Below, in pieces: positions 1 through 11,328 of a DNA stretch of 64,000 nucleotides. Source of the DNA: Phoronis australis (lineage: Eukaryota; Animalia; Phoronida); assembly GCA_002633005.1 (NCBI GenBank), contig NMRA01000143.1, forward strand, positions 563,402-627,401, given 5' to 3'. How positions within the stretch are numbered: the first letter of the stretch is position 1; each line of letters opens with the position of its first letter. The translations under genes were made by a program, and so were the position numbers. A model generated the notes under the pieces. The model searched no databases and was not told the DNA's origin. It worked only from the letters and a program-made list of their open reading frames with translations.

Positions 1-126
1 GTCCAGTGCACACACTGTGAAGGGAGGATGGACCGGAAGTGCAGTGGCCTCACCCAACAGGAAGTACAAGAGATGGCAGAGGATTACCCATTCCGGTGTT
101 CCCAGTGCACTTCAAGTACCAGCTAA
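1..126 (+). CDS. C-terminal fragment of a PHD-finger-like protein (gene begins upstream of the window)
   Basis: Frame 1 reads VQCTHCEGRMDRKCSGLTQQEVQEMAEDYPFRCSQCTSSTS*. This is the PHD spacing VQCxxC...xxxC...F-x-CxxC, with Asp at the usual His position. Confidence 0.6.
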   Translation, partial: VQCTHCEGRMDRKCSGLTQQEVQEMAEDYPFRCSQCTSSTS

Positions 127-150
127 TGTATGCAAATGTGTGCTGGATTT

Positions 151-1435
151 TTAATGTCCCTTACTTACCGATACAACTTTAACAAGTTTTTTGCGAGGTT
201 GCACTGTTATACATTGATAGCACATCTGTTGTCTGCCAAAGTTCACAACCTTGTGACATGACACATGATGTCCCCGTAATCCGTCATTGGTCGAGACAGT
301 TGAGAAGCTGCCACGCTTCAGTAACAATGTGGTGTCATTGACTTTCCATCCTCCACAGAACTTTAACCTACAAAGAATAACATTTGAGAATGTTGAAAAC
401 ATCGGAGTACTCCCTTCTCCTCAGTCATTTACTGTACCTCACAAAATGTACATTTTATGAATTCACACAAATTAATCGACGCAGATAAACTTTTTTAATC
501 ATATCAAGATTGTCTGCACATTCTTCTAGTCTGCTCAGAAATATTGGCCACTTGAGGAAGTGTAGGTTGCTTAAACTCTAACATTTGCATTTCACAAGTT
601 GATAAAATATTGCATTTTCAGCTAAATAGAGCACATCAATTGCTTTGTGGATTTACCTTGTCAGCAATCTTGTGAATGTTATGAAATTGGGTGCACTCCA
701 CTCAAATGTCTTTGGAAAGTGTAGGATGTCCATATCTACTTTGCATCCATCCACTATTAACTCTACTTCCTGTCTGGATATGGTGATGTTTATGTTATGT
801 TGTTTCAATTTGCAGTACACTCTTTGCTCACTGCAATCAGTCACATATAGTGATGCCTGGATTTCCTCACTTGACTTCAAGAACTCTGCCACCTGATGGG
901 TGGTCTCCATGGCTGGGATTTCCCGGTGATATCGCTGACAGATCCCTGCAAAAACCTTGGGATGTTTTCCTTTCTTTGTAACTGCTTTGCGCGTGCATCC
1001 CACAAGGTGGCTCACATAATTGCTGAACATCATTACAGAGACTGGAGTTTCTTGTACTCGTTCGCAGAACTTGGAGTAGGCCTTATAAGCCAAAGAAACT
1101 CCAACCTGTTCATGAAGATCTGTGGATTTTTCAAAGTTGTTCAATATCCTATAAAAAGCATAACAATTATTCAGGTTTGACCAGAAGTTAAAGTCTTTTG
1201 TTTAATCAATGATAGCAAATAATTTTTCAGGGCCATTAAATGTAATTTGAACAGGAATAAAAATCAAAATTTTTAATCGAATTTGACCATTCAGAAGAAA
1301 TTAAAAATTGAAGATGGGTAGTGTAGTAATTGTGTAATATGACTTAATGTTTTCTGTTAATGTTGAACACAGAGTAACCTACCAATAGCTAGTAAACTTC
1401 ATGTTGTTTGGTAACAGTGCTGATACTCTTTCAAT
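151..1435 (-). CDS. Spliced gene with an RFX-like winged-helix domain and a C-terminal Cys/His cluster; exons 1383-1435, 657-1148, 151-367; 5' exon(s) unresolved
   Basis: Canonical AG/GT sites join the exons in frame (TG|G=W, AG|G=R). AYKAYSKFCERVQETPVSVMMFSNYV...TRKAVTKKGKHPKVFAGI resembles the RFX/D5-type wHTH. The last exon has FCGG...HHVSC...CYQC. Confidence 0.6.
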
Positions 1436-3764
1436 CTGTCAAAAGAAAAAAGGTGTGTAATTATTTGCTGTAATTACATTAAGTTAAATGTAATGCATAG
1501 GCGGATTTAGGCACCAATTTTTGAGAATGTAGACATTTATTAAGATTCACGAGGTACTTCAGAGCTGCAAATAGTGCGCTCGCCAAATTTTGGTAGTTCC
1601 TGTCTTCAGTGAACTTTTGTCACGCTTTGTACTTTTTTGGAGTTTTTGTTTCTCTGAGGTGCACCTTTTTACCCACTTCACCATATTGGGGGAGGATCGT
1701 TGAAGCCACCGAGCCCCGGCCCCACCTCTAGGTGGGCGCATGACTAGAGCTATGTTTCTTTTTCACAAAATCTTATCACCTATGATACTTCTCTTGCACT
1801 CAATGTTCATACTTTTGTTTGCAGTTAGACCACGTAATTGGTGAAAGTTTCAGCTCAGAAATATGAGCAGAACCCGACACGCAGCAAGTGACATACATCT
1901 TGCCAGTCTATTGTGAAGTCGCAAACTCATTCAGTAATTCATGGTTTCAGCAGATTTCTAGCTGTGAAAAAATTGTTCTCTGCGAAACACAAAACAAAAT
2001 GATTCCGGAATGTGCCAGGAATTGTTTCAGTACGATCACACTCGTGGCCACTTGATTTGGCTTTCCTCAATTCCTAACTGCTGCCTGCTGGTTTTTGAGC
2101 CTTGGTCCTTGGTAATTGCCTATTACTTGCACACCCAACTATCCAATGTAGTCATGCAGTAGCGGTAAACAACCTAGCTAAGGTAGCAGGATAACATCAG
2201 CTGACTGTCCTCTGATGAATGTTTTCATGCCAAGCAAACGACTTTTGAAGGTGAAGGGTATGGACACAATATCTTTCTGTATATTCTGGTGCGTCAACTG
2301 AGACTTGGTGGATACTCGGGAACCCAATGGTCATCCGCCTAAGCATAAAACCGGCTTGTTGTCGTACTCACCCAATTATTCCACTTCAAAGTTATTCTCT
2401 GAATAGGATTTGATTTCACTCTCACCAATATGTAGTATTCGTTGATTGAAACGTTTTCTTTTACTTACGCCGAGATGTGCATTGCTTTTCGGCAGCCATT
2501 TTATAATGACCCTATGGTCGTCATATGCTGCCGCCTTTTGAATGAACAGAAAACCATGCAGAAAAAGGCCAAGAAAATAGTGGAAAGTGGTTTACATCAA
2601 TTCTACTTCAACTGCTTTACTATAGTATGATATCAAATTTTAAATCGATTAAAATTGATTTAGAGTTTCAGTTCCGGAAAATAAATCGTGATTGTTTTAT
2701 TCCAGATAGACCTTACTTTATTTTCTGTTTGTGACCTCTTTATTTAACTTTTTGCTCTTGTTGTACTAACACCACTTATCTCTGCTGTCTTTCTTTTTCT
2801 TTTCAGTTTCTCTTCATTCTCTGTTAACACCTTGTCAGCCAGAGCAGAACTATAACCCTTTGAGACTTTGTCGGCGCAAGTTGATCATAATGAACCTCAA
2901 TACAATTGTTCTAATAAATTACCTATAATCGTTGTTTGATTTTTTCTCATCTTTAGCAGGCTTCTGCAATCATGAATAAATAAATAAATACCCAAGTCGC
3001 ATTTGAATATTATTGCTCAATCTCTTCTTTTATTTTTGATTATGTCATGCTGTGTTGTATGGAACAATGCAATATAGTGAAATAAAATCAATGTTTTACC
3101 TATTGGTGGCCATTCTCTATCAATTCCAGTATTTTTTCTTCAAATAAATTCAAAATGCTTTAATCAAAAAATTTCAACATAAATTTTGAGCTCAGTACTA
3201 TGTTTTGCAATAAAAAAACAAGTGGACAATATTTTGATGACCAAGGCGTGGACCGAAACTGTTAACCAGCCAGCGTGTTGCATGTGTCTGCTGCGTTTTT
3301 CCTTTTAACTAGCTGTGTTTTTTTAAGATCAGTCGGAACACAAATGTGGCTTTCGGTGACCAGATATAGTAACAGAAAAATTCTGTAAAGGTAAGTATTT
3401 ACTTCAGCAAAGAATTTACAACAATCCGTAGTATTTCAATTAAATATAATGTGCCAAATGTGCCAAAACGTCCGATAATTAGGTCACTTGACTGTAAGCG
3501 TTCTGAAGATGTCGCGAGTAGCCTTATAAGCATGCGCATTAAATGATACCGAAAAAAGCGGTTAATGCTCTTCGCTTTGCCATAAATGTTGCCGATTAAA
3601 CTAGGAAAATCTAGAGGTATTTATGATATTTATTGGTTTCGACATCAACAAATGTAACTAGTGAACGTGTTGCTGTCGCAGATAAATTGTTCGAGTTAAA
3701 TTACTCTCAGATTTGACATGCTTGAGGTTATTCCGGAAGTACCCGGCGGGCGGCCATGTGAACC

Positions 3765-5743
3765 CACGCCGGCCACGGCCACAGGCCTCCTCAGTTTCTG
3801 ATCGTACATAATACACTATATGAATAATACTACAAGGTATGACACTCCGGACTAGAAATTACATGGGTGCTTCATTTCAATCGTCCATATAGCAAACACA
3901 AAACTCATGGACATGAACAGGCTCAGTGAAGTGAAGCACCCGTGCCCCATGGAATTCAAATCAGGAGTGTCATATACCTTGAAGTATTACAAAGACAGTG
4001 TCATAGTGTACAGGGATATTATACCCAGGTTTCAAAACCCTGCTCACCAGCTGGGCGAGTGAGCTAAACAGTCTACTCGCCCAGCCTGAAGCTCAGTCGC
4101 CCAGCTGTTTGCGTCTGTCACAACAAACTTGCTGACAGTGTCAATAAAAATCATCGTTTCGTGTGTTGATGTCACCCAGGGAGCTTAGAAAAATTCGTTT
4201 TGGAAGAGCTGCGCTTGTTGTAGCCTAAGGCGGTTAAACCTGGCGTGCGTTAAGTAGACGCTAGCACCTGCGCTAGGAACTATAGCTAAAATCTAATCAA
4301 AGTCACGTGTTCTTACTTAAAATACACTGCAATATCTCGTGTAATATCTCACGAAGTCTTGCTTTTTAGCGAGGTTCTAGCGTTACTGAACGGGAGCCTG
4401 GTCTCCGAAACATGTGAAAGCAGAAGCTAGGATTCACCAAATTTACGTGCTGTGACGTATCTGTAACCTATGACAGACTTTCTACAAAACTGTTGTGCAT
4501 TGCTATCAAACTTTGTTGTGAAATTACGATCTTTTAAAAACACAGTATTGACTCAACAAATTACCTGAAATCCTCCTTAAGTTTTCCAGATAGCGTCCCT
4601 AAGATTTTTTAAATTCCTGTGGAGTCGGGATTAACTGCAGGTTAAGTCCAAATCTGTGCTGGATCGCACCCCGTAACACGAGAAAAATCTGGGCGAACAC
4701 ATGTTGTTGTCATGTGATGTTCGTTTTGAAGTTAGTCTGCAGGTGTGCGTCGAGTGAGCGAGCGTGTGCATGTCATCATAGTTCATTTGCCAGTGTAGCA
4801 GGCCCACATAATGGAGGCCCAAGCGCGCTCTTCTTGGTCACGCGCCGATTAACTCTGGTCAAGTTTCGATTCGCGGTTTTACGTGTACAAATCTGGATTC
4901 CTGTTGAGGGAGATCTTTACTGGAAAGATACGATACAATCTCGATGACAAGTACGCTCTGTCTGTTCTGAAAGGCCTCGCAAGATCAGCAAAACCTTTGC
5001 CTTCTTTTTGGAGCACTGTGGAAGTTTAAAGTGTCAGCCACGGCTATATGCCAATGGCTCGTGGAGTCGTCTAGAAATTTTTTGCACAATGATTTTTCAG
5101 GACTGTCGGATATTATTGATAAATTGACGACATTACTGTAGAATTTTAGAACTGTAGATAAGGCCTTTTTCGCATTTGTACACGTTCATGGACTGGGCGC
5201 TTATTTTAGCAAAGTCTGAAAATGAGTGGGGGCGTTTATAGGGGCATGGGTGCATAGATTGGTAGAATGTTACTACTTATAAAATAATTTTGGCTAAAAT
5301 GACATTGTACTTTACCATAAGAAATCAGTTCCAAGAAATATGGTAGGCCTATTTCACTTGCTGTGAGCACATGGACCGGTCTTCCGCCTTTCCCCCTTTT
5401 CTTCGTTTCAGACTAGTCCACAAATTCCTTTGTGCGCGACCACACACTGTGATCTTGTGTAGACGAATCGCGTAACGGGTGACATCTACTGAATCGGTAG
5501 GATCGCACTGCGCCGAAGTTTTTTGCTGCCGGAGCATCGACAAGCTGACCAAACTGAACCTTAAATTCATGATAAAAACAGCACAAGGAGGAGAAAATTT
5601 ATTCATGTTCATGTGAGAAACGATATAGTGGACGACCAGCAAGTCAACTTCTACTTGCCCAGCTCTATTTTTGCACTGGCGACTGGGCGAGTGGCTAATA
5701 TCCCTGGTGTATTGTGGACGATCAGAAGCTGAGGACCCCTGTG
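3765..5743. mobile_element. Non-autonomous DNA transposon (MITE) with long imperfect TIRs, carrying a nested insertion
   Basis: TIR cctcagtttctgatcgt...aggtatgacac at the left and gtgtcat...acgatcagaagctgagg at the right. Flanking direct repeat tgtgaacc at 3757-3764 and 5744-5751. Same family as 23713-24117. Confidence 0.6.
4011..5706. mobile_element. Nested non-autonomous DNA transposon with CAGGG termini and a 5-bp TSD
   Basis: Termini CAGGGATATTA / TAATATCCCTG, with GTGTA duplicated on both sides. Removing it restores the right TIR of the host MITE. Confidence 0.65.
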
Positions 5744-7267
5744 TGTGAACCTCTCTGATTCTCTTTATTATAGTGTATAGTTGAGGGCTGATCAAAGGTG
5801 CTTGTGGTGCCGAGTGTGAGAACTTTTTGTCATCTATTCTACTTCTAAGTTTCCCAAAGGTTGCCCCTTCAACTCATGTTCTTTATTCAACTCCGTTGTG
5901 CCGTAGGTGGTTCCTGTACGTCAGCAAATTCCTTTAAACTGTTAGTGTTTGTGTGTAAACTGAACTTCTGGTTCTACGAACACGTGAACAATTAGTTGTA
6001 ACGTGCGGTGTGGTCCTTGCGGCAATGCGGATTGACTGATTGAAATGTTGACAATGACAGACACTGTCTGTCACCAAAGGCTTTGCCAAAGCCAGGCAAA
6101 GAACAAACTGAGTTTCAGGTACAGGGGGCTTAGCTTGTCAGGCCATCCATTGGCATTGGAGCTTAATAATTATTGGGCTGGAGGAGGAAGCCAGGTACTC
6201 ATCTAGCGGCCGTCCTGGCCATCCCTGGGACGGCCCTTTTAAAAAAATGGCGGCTTTGGACGGCACGGCCAAGACAGGAAAAAGACGGCCTGTTCCAAGA
6301 CAACCTCGGCGAAAATGAAGGCTAAACGAAGAATTTTAACATTTATTATTAATAAATTTTATTGAAATCTACAATTCATTGTTTGAGTTTGCTAAATATT
6401 AAGAAATAACTAGTCATTAGAAACCTTTGCGATCTATTTTTACTATAAATGTCACAATGACGATCGGCAAATTCTGACAGCCATCTTTGGGAATACCTTC
6501 CTGTTTTGTGATGTCAAGGTGACTTCATACGGAATCCCCGCACAGCTTGTGTCGAAATGTTGCACACCCAGCGCTAACCACCCGTACACGGACAATTAAT
6601 CATTGAAATTGAATAAAAAAATAATTGCAGGCGGTCTGATACACGTTGTACCAGACGTGCACAGGCCTCGCATGTGGGCCCGTTGCACTTATCACCTGGA
6701 AGTATTTTTATGCTTTATTAATATATGGTTAAAACCGAGCTGAGGAGCTAGAAACCTGGATCAAGGGTTTAGCAGTGTGACTTGGTGGGACTCGTATCCA
6801 CGATCTCTAGTAAAGAATGCGGGCACTTAACCAGGCCGCACTGCCTCCTGATATTGAAGAACCCACACATGAATTTCAAAGGATTTGCTGTATCCCTAAT
6901 TCTAGTTTTTGACGGAGCAGCCAATTTGAAATAGCCGAGGACATACATTTCGAAAAAAATGATACAAGCCAAAATTCTAGCACTGACCTGCCATATAAAT
7001 GCCATCATGTCGTTGAACATGCAAACCAGATAAAACTTTGCGCAAACTTCCTTAATTTGTTGTCATAGTTCCGTTGGAAGTCCCCTTGATTTAGCTGTGA
7101 TCCATACAGTAGTCACTCCAAAACACTGTTTCCCCGTCGTGACTGGTTATGACCGGTTATGACGGGACATTCTAGTTTTACAGTCAAATTTGCTTTCACT
7201 CGGTGTCCAAATGACATGGAATTACAGTTCATTTTGTCACGCATGTTATGTGACTACCACCACACAC

Positions 7268-7338
7268 AGGAAGTGACATGACTAGTGAATCTTTCAGTCT
7301 CCAGGTTTTTTGCTAAAGCGGCAAGTAGCGCCATCTTT
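7268..7338 (+). promoter_or_regulatory. Candidate housekeeping-type promoter (ETS-like AGGAAGTG and YY1-like GCGCCATCTT)
   Basis: Both motifs lie 170-240 nt upstream of the PSMG4 ATG; motif match only. Confidence 0.3.
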
Positions 7339-7508
7339 ATTTTCATTGGTTGCTTCAACAGAAAGTTTCACATCCACTAATTTGCCTCTGGATGGTGACC
7401 TAATTATAAACTTTAACTCATGCATTACTTAAAATTACAATTTAGATAAAAAAGTCCTTTTCATTTCAGGTAACAGTCTGGTCTGGTCTTGTTTTTGTGC
7501 TACGGGGT

Positions 7509-7910
7509 ATGGCCGAAAACATTCCCACTGATACAGCTCTTACTGTGCAGCCTGCTGCTTGTCTTTTGAAAGCACATAACTTTAGTGAGAAAATCCAAGA
7601 CTTGCTTGTACACTTCCATGTTTTGAAACTTGCCGACAGTTTCCTGGTCTGGATTGGAGAGGAGAATCCCTGCTTTGCCAATTTGGCCGTGTCGATGTCC
7701 AACAGGTTTGACAAAACAGCGTCTCTTAGCTCAAGCTTGCTCGGAGATCCGACTGACCTGTCATCAACCAATCTGGCTCAAAAACTTTCGCGGAAAACCA
7801 ATAAACAGGTGTTTGTTAGTCTGAACATCAAGACTGCCGACAGTGGCTGCCTAGGCCTTATTGAGAAACGATTGTTCCTGGAACTTGCTGATAATCCAGA
7901 TAAATTCTGA
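7509..7910 (+). CDS. PSMG4: Proteasome assembly chaperone 4, intronless CDS (133 aa)
   Basis: MAENI...HNFSEKIQDLLVHFHVLKLADSFLVWIG...FANLAVSM...SSSLLGD...STNLAQKLSRKTNKQVFVSLN...IEKRLFLEL...PDKF matches the PAC4 family pattern along its whole length. Confidence 0.93.
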   Translation: MAENIPTDTALTVQPAACLLKAHNFSEKIQDLLVHFHVLKLADSFLVWIGEENPCFANLAVSMSNRFDKTASLSSSLLGDPTDLSSTNLAQKLSRKTNKQVFVSLNIKTADSGCLGLIEKRLFLELADNPDKF

Positions 7911-8273
7911 GCAAAGATTCCTGTGTTCTCGATGACATCTTACCCCGGAACCAGATTTTGTTGAGAAATACGTACCTGAGTGTGGAGCGGATTGGAAATC
8001 AGGAAATACTTGTGCAAATGCTCATTAAGTTTTACAGATTTCGTTACGTTGTCTGCTTAAACTGATCCTTTGAGTCTGATTTTGATTTGGTCAGCCAGTG
8101 TCTTTGCTGATCATACTTGAACTAACATCTCTAGAGCCTTGGTTTTTATACTTAGATTGAGCACAGGAAGTAATCCCTGTATACAAAGGTCGTGTGTTTT
8201 GGAAGTGCTGGTGTGTTATATTTGAAACTGGTGACAGTATATTTCCCTTTTGGAGTGCTGTTCAGACTTTGCC

Positions 8274-8414
8274 ATGTCTGATGAGAAGACTTCTGTGAAC
8301 AGCAAAGATGGAGCATCGGCCACCAAGAAAGCTGATTTCCGAGAACCAGGATGGAAAGACATGAGATCAACATCAGCATTCAGGGCTCTGAATTTTGAGC
8401 TCTTTGTCAAACCA
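8274..8414 (+). CDS. SMIM8: Small integral membrane protein 8, coding exon 1
   Basis: MSDEK...FREPGWKDMRSTSAFRALNFELFVKP resembles the SMIM8 motif (RTTTLFRAVNPELFIKP). GCCATG start context and a GTAAGT donor at 8415 (phase 0). Confidence 0.9.
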
Positions 8415-9188
8415 GTAAGTTCTGCACTTGATTGTAGCTCGTCTTATCATGACAACAAGCGAGAATTTGTGATTTGCAATAAAGTCACACCGCAATGGAT
8501 TTTGTTGTTTCATAGGTAAAAGCTAATAACTTTAAGAAGCCTCTGCCATCCCAAAATTATCCCAAAAATGTGTTTTCGTCCATGTAACTGATTATTTCCC
8601 TTTATTCATGAAGTTTAACATCTATTTAATTAAGTGACAAAAAGTGACTTCAAAAACCCTTGCATCTGACACATTTACCCTCCTTCATGAAGTTTTGTCA
8701 CAACACATGGATCCCAAAGTACCACAATCCATCTCTGATTCTGTGGTGTTTACCCATCATGCAGTGCATATGTAGCGTCACTGGTCCAACTGCTGCCATG
8801 GTTATTTTTCACGAGTTCACCATTCATAAAGTTTTAAACTGTTGCATGGTGAATTGCTATGGTGTTAAGATATTTGACAGGCCAAGTGGAGCGTATGTTG
8901 CAACACTCCGACTTGTCCAAGAAGTCAAGACATAGCTGTCTTCGACGATTCACTTTGAATCAATAGTCAGCCTAGTTTTGTCTGACTTGTCCAAGAAGTT
9001 TTGTACAGGTCTTACCTTTTGAAAGCTTAAATCAGTCATGCGATGCATTATTCTACATCCACAAAAAGCACGTGGCGAGTCCAGTATGTGGCTGTCATTT
9101 ATGGTTCACTTTACAAATCAACATCCTATCTCTGGCTCATGGATTGTTTTATCCATGTGGGTATTATTTGACTTTTTTCTATCGTCAG

Positions 9189-9347
9189 GGGCGACTGTTG
9201 CTAGGTGCTGGTATGGCTATCATCACGGGTTGTCTTGGCTACATGGGTTATCTAATGGTGATTGGTACAAAACAGGAAAGGCCACTTGATTCTGAGTTTG
9301 AGAGAATGCAGACCAGACAGCAACAGGCCCGCTCTCGCTGGGACTAA
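9189..9347 (+). CDS. SMIM8: SMIM8 alternative terminal exon A (divergent paralogous exon)
   Basis: Pyrimidine-rich acceptor ...tcgtcag, phase 0. GRLLLGAGMAIITGCLGYMGYL...QQQARSRWD* has a TM segment, the GYxGY motif and the SRWD end; 159 nt. Confidence 0.75.
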   Translation, partial: GRLLLGAGMAIITGCLGYMGYLMVIGTKQERPLDSEFERMQTRQQQARSRWD

Positions 9348-9920
9348 ATGTGTTGAGGTATGACAGACTCGCGAACCAAATTCAACTTTCCTTTTTTGTG
9401 ATAGTAGAAAAATGCATTGTATGATTCTCCTGGGCCTGGGGTATAATCGTTTTGCTCAAAATCAAAGTTATGTTTGGCATTTTCTATTCCACTTTTGTGC
9501 AAACTGAAGTTAAGTGTCTGTTAGTTTGTGCATAAAGAACGACACGAAGAAATGTCTAACCCTAGTTTGCACTTGATGACCCTAGCATTAAGGCTAAAAG
9601 TGAGTTAACTCAAAACCTTGAGTTTCATTCCAGTTTGCAGCTCAAATTCAGTAGTCATCAGGTGCAAACTTAGACTTGAAACTAATACACACATAGCGTG
9701 ATCGTACTCAAGCACAGAATAACGGGCAATTATTTTGAGTTCGCACTAAAGTAGAGTAGAAAATGCCAAAAGTAAATTCAAGTTCGATTTAGAATACAAA
9801 GATGAGACCTCTGACCCTAGTTTTTGAAAGGTTATGCTGCTCAACCTGTCAGATATTGGTTAGCAATTACCACGTGACATCTTGGAGGTACTGTTAGTGT
9901 TACCAACTCAATTTCAACCA

Positions 9921-10280
9921 TCACTGTGTGCTAGCGCTGCACTATCACTGTGTTCTAGCGCTGCACTATCACTGTGATCGAGCGCTGCACTATCGCTGTG
10001 ATCTAGCGCTGCACTGTCACTGTGTTCTAGCACTGCACTGTCACTGTGTTCCAGCGCTGCACTATCACTGTGTTCTAGCGCTGCGCTATCACTGTGTTCT
10101 AGCGCTGCGCTATCACTGTGTTCTTGCGCTGCACTATCACTGTGTTCTAGCACTGCACTATCACTGTGTTCTAGCACTGCACTATCACTGTGTTCTAGCA
10201 CTGCACTATCACTGTGTTCTAGCGCTTCACTATCACTGTGTTCTAGCGCTGCACTATCACTGAGTTCTAGCGCTGCACCT
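9921..10280. repeat. Minisatellite with a 24-bp unit (cactatcactgtgttctagcgctg), about 15 copies
   Basis: Directly visible tandem array inside the SMIM8 intron. Confidence 0.95.
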
Positions 10281-10752
10281 ACTGAGACAAGCTTGCTGCT
10301 GATGTTGATTTTCAGACGAGTTTGACTACTGTGGTGCCTCCTAGTTCCAGTTCTTTTGCCTGTTGCTCAATGTTTATCAAGTTTCTTGACATAATATATC
10401 TTCATAGCATATGTGTTTTTATTGAGACCACAGCTGACATTGCCTCCCCCTAGTGGCAATTTCATTCTTTTCATATGTCTGAATATCTACCAAGTTCCTC
10501 AATGGGTCACAATAAAATTTGATTTTTATGTTCCTGTTTAGAGGAGCACGGGGGCTGACATTGGTTTCGGAATGTAGGGGCAAATTGTTGTGTATTTATT
10601 GACATGCATCAAGTTCTCATTAGTGGATTTCTTCACACTTTGTCCCCAGTGCGACTAATGAGGATAGCCTGCTCAGCACATGTTGAATTGTGGGTGGATC
10701 CAAGTAGTGTGGAAATATACCAGTATTAAAACTGATCACCTCTTATTCATTT

Positions 10753-10890
10753 ATTGTTTCTCATACACACAGTGTGTGTATATTAATGCTCCCCACTGCT
10801 CTTTTTGACAGTTTGTTTAGACTATTGTTTCTCATACACATTGTGTGCACATATCAATACTCCCCACTGCTCTTGTTGACAGTCTGTTTG
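10753..10890. repeat. 71-bp tandem repeat, 2 copies (4 copies in the duplicate at 13121-13400)
   Basis: attgtttctcatacac recurs at 10753 and 10824, and at 13121, 13192, 13263 and 13334. Confidence 0.85.
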
Positions 10891-11169
10891 GGCCTTGTTA
10901 CCAGGGCTTTGTTGCCCTAAAAAGATTCAACTAACTTTTATACGCTTGTGCAACAGAAATAGTTAACCACCCCTACACCAATTGTTGAAGGTGACAGTTG
11001 CGTAATTGAACTAGAGTAAGTCACTTAAAGAAATGATGGTTTTTTTGTGACGACACCTGAGTATTATAGTCAAGTCCATTTTATGTTAAGGTGTTGTTGA
11101 ACTACTTGCTCTAGGTTCAATGTATTTCACACTGGTAGTCAATAGGTCAGGTTCTTGTTTCCATTTCAG

Positions 11170-11328
11170 AACAAGTGGGTGATGGGCTTTGGTCTAGTGG
11201 CACTCTCCTGCTGCGTTGGATATTTAGGGTACATGCGGGCACAGGCCGAGAACAGGCAGGACCTCTATACGGCCATGAACCAGAACGAAGAGTTTGTTGT
11301 GAAGAAACGTCCTTCGCGATGGGACTAA
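11170..11328 (+). CDS. SMIM8: SMIM8 terminal exon B (canonical-like)
   Basis: Acceptor ccatttcag. NKWVMGFGLVALSCCVGYLGYMRAQAENRQDLYTAMNQNEEFVVKKRPSRWD* closely resembles the vertebrate SMIM8 C-terminal half. Confidence 0.9.
   Translation, partial: NKWVMGFGLVALSCCVGYLGYMRAQAENRQDLYTAMNQNEEFVVKKRPSRWD

Noticed and set aside
1-1148. RAG1/RAG2-like (ProtoRAG) convergent pair suggested by the PHD finger
   Set aside because: The minus-strand protein has no RAG1 catalytic core features, and the PHD spacing is not RAG2-like.
9914-10263. Repetitive ORFs (EHSDSAAL)n and (LALHYHCV)n, or a CRISPR-like array
   Set aside because: They are translations of a 24-bp minisatellite. There are no unique spacers, and the context is a eukaryotic intron.
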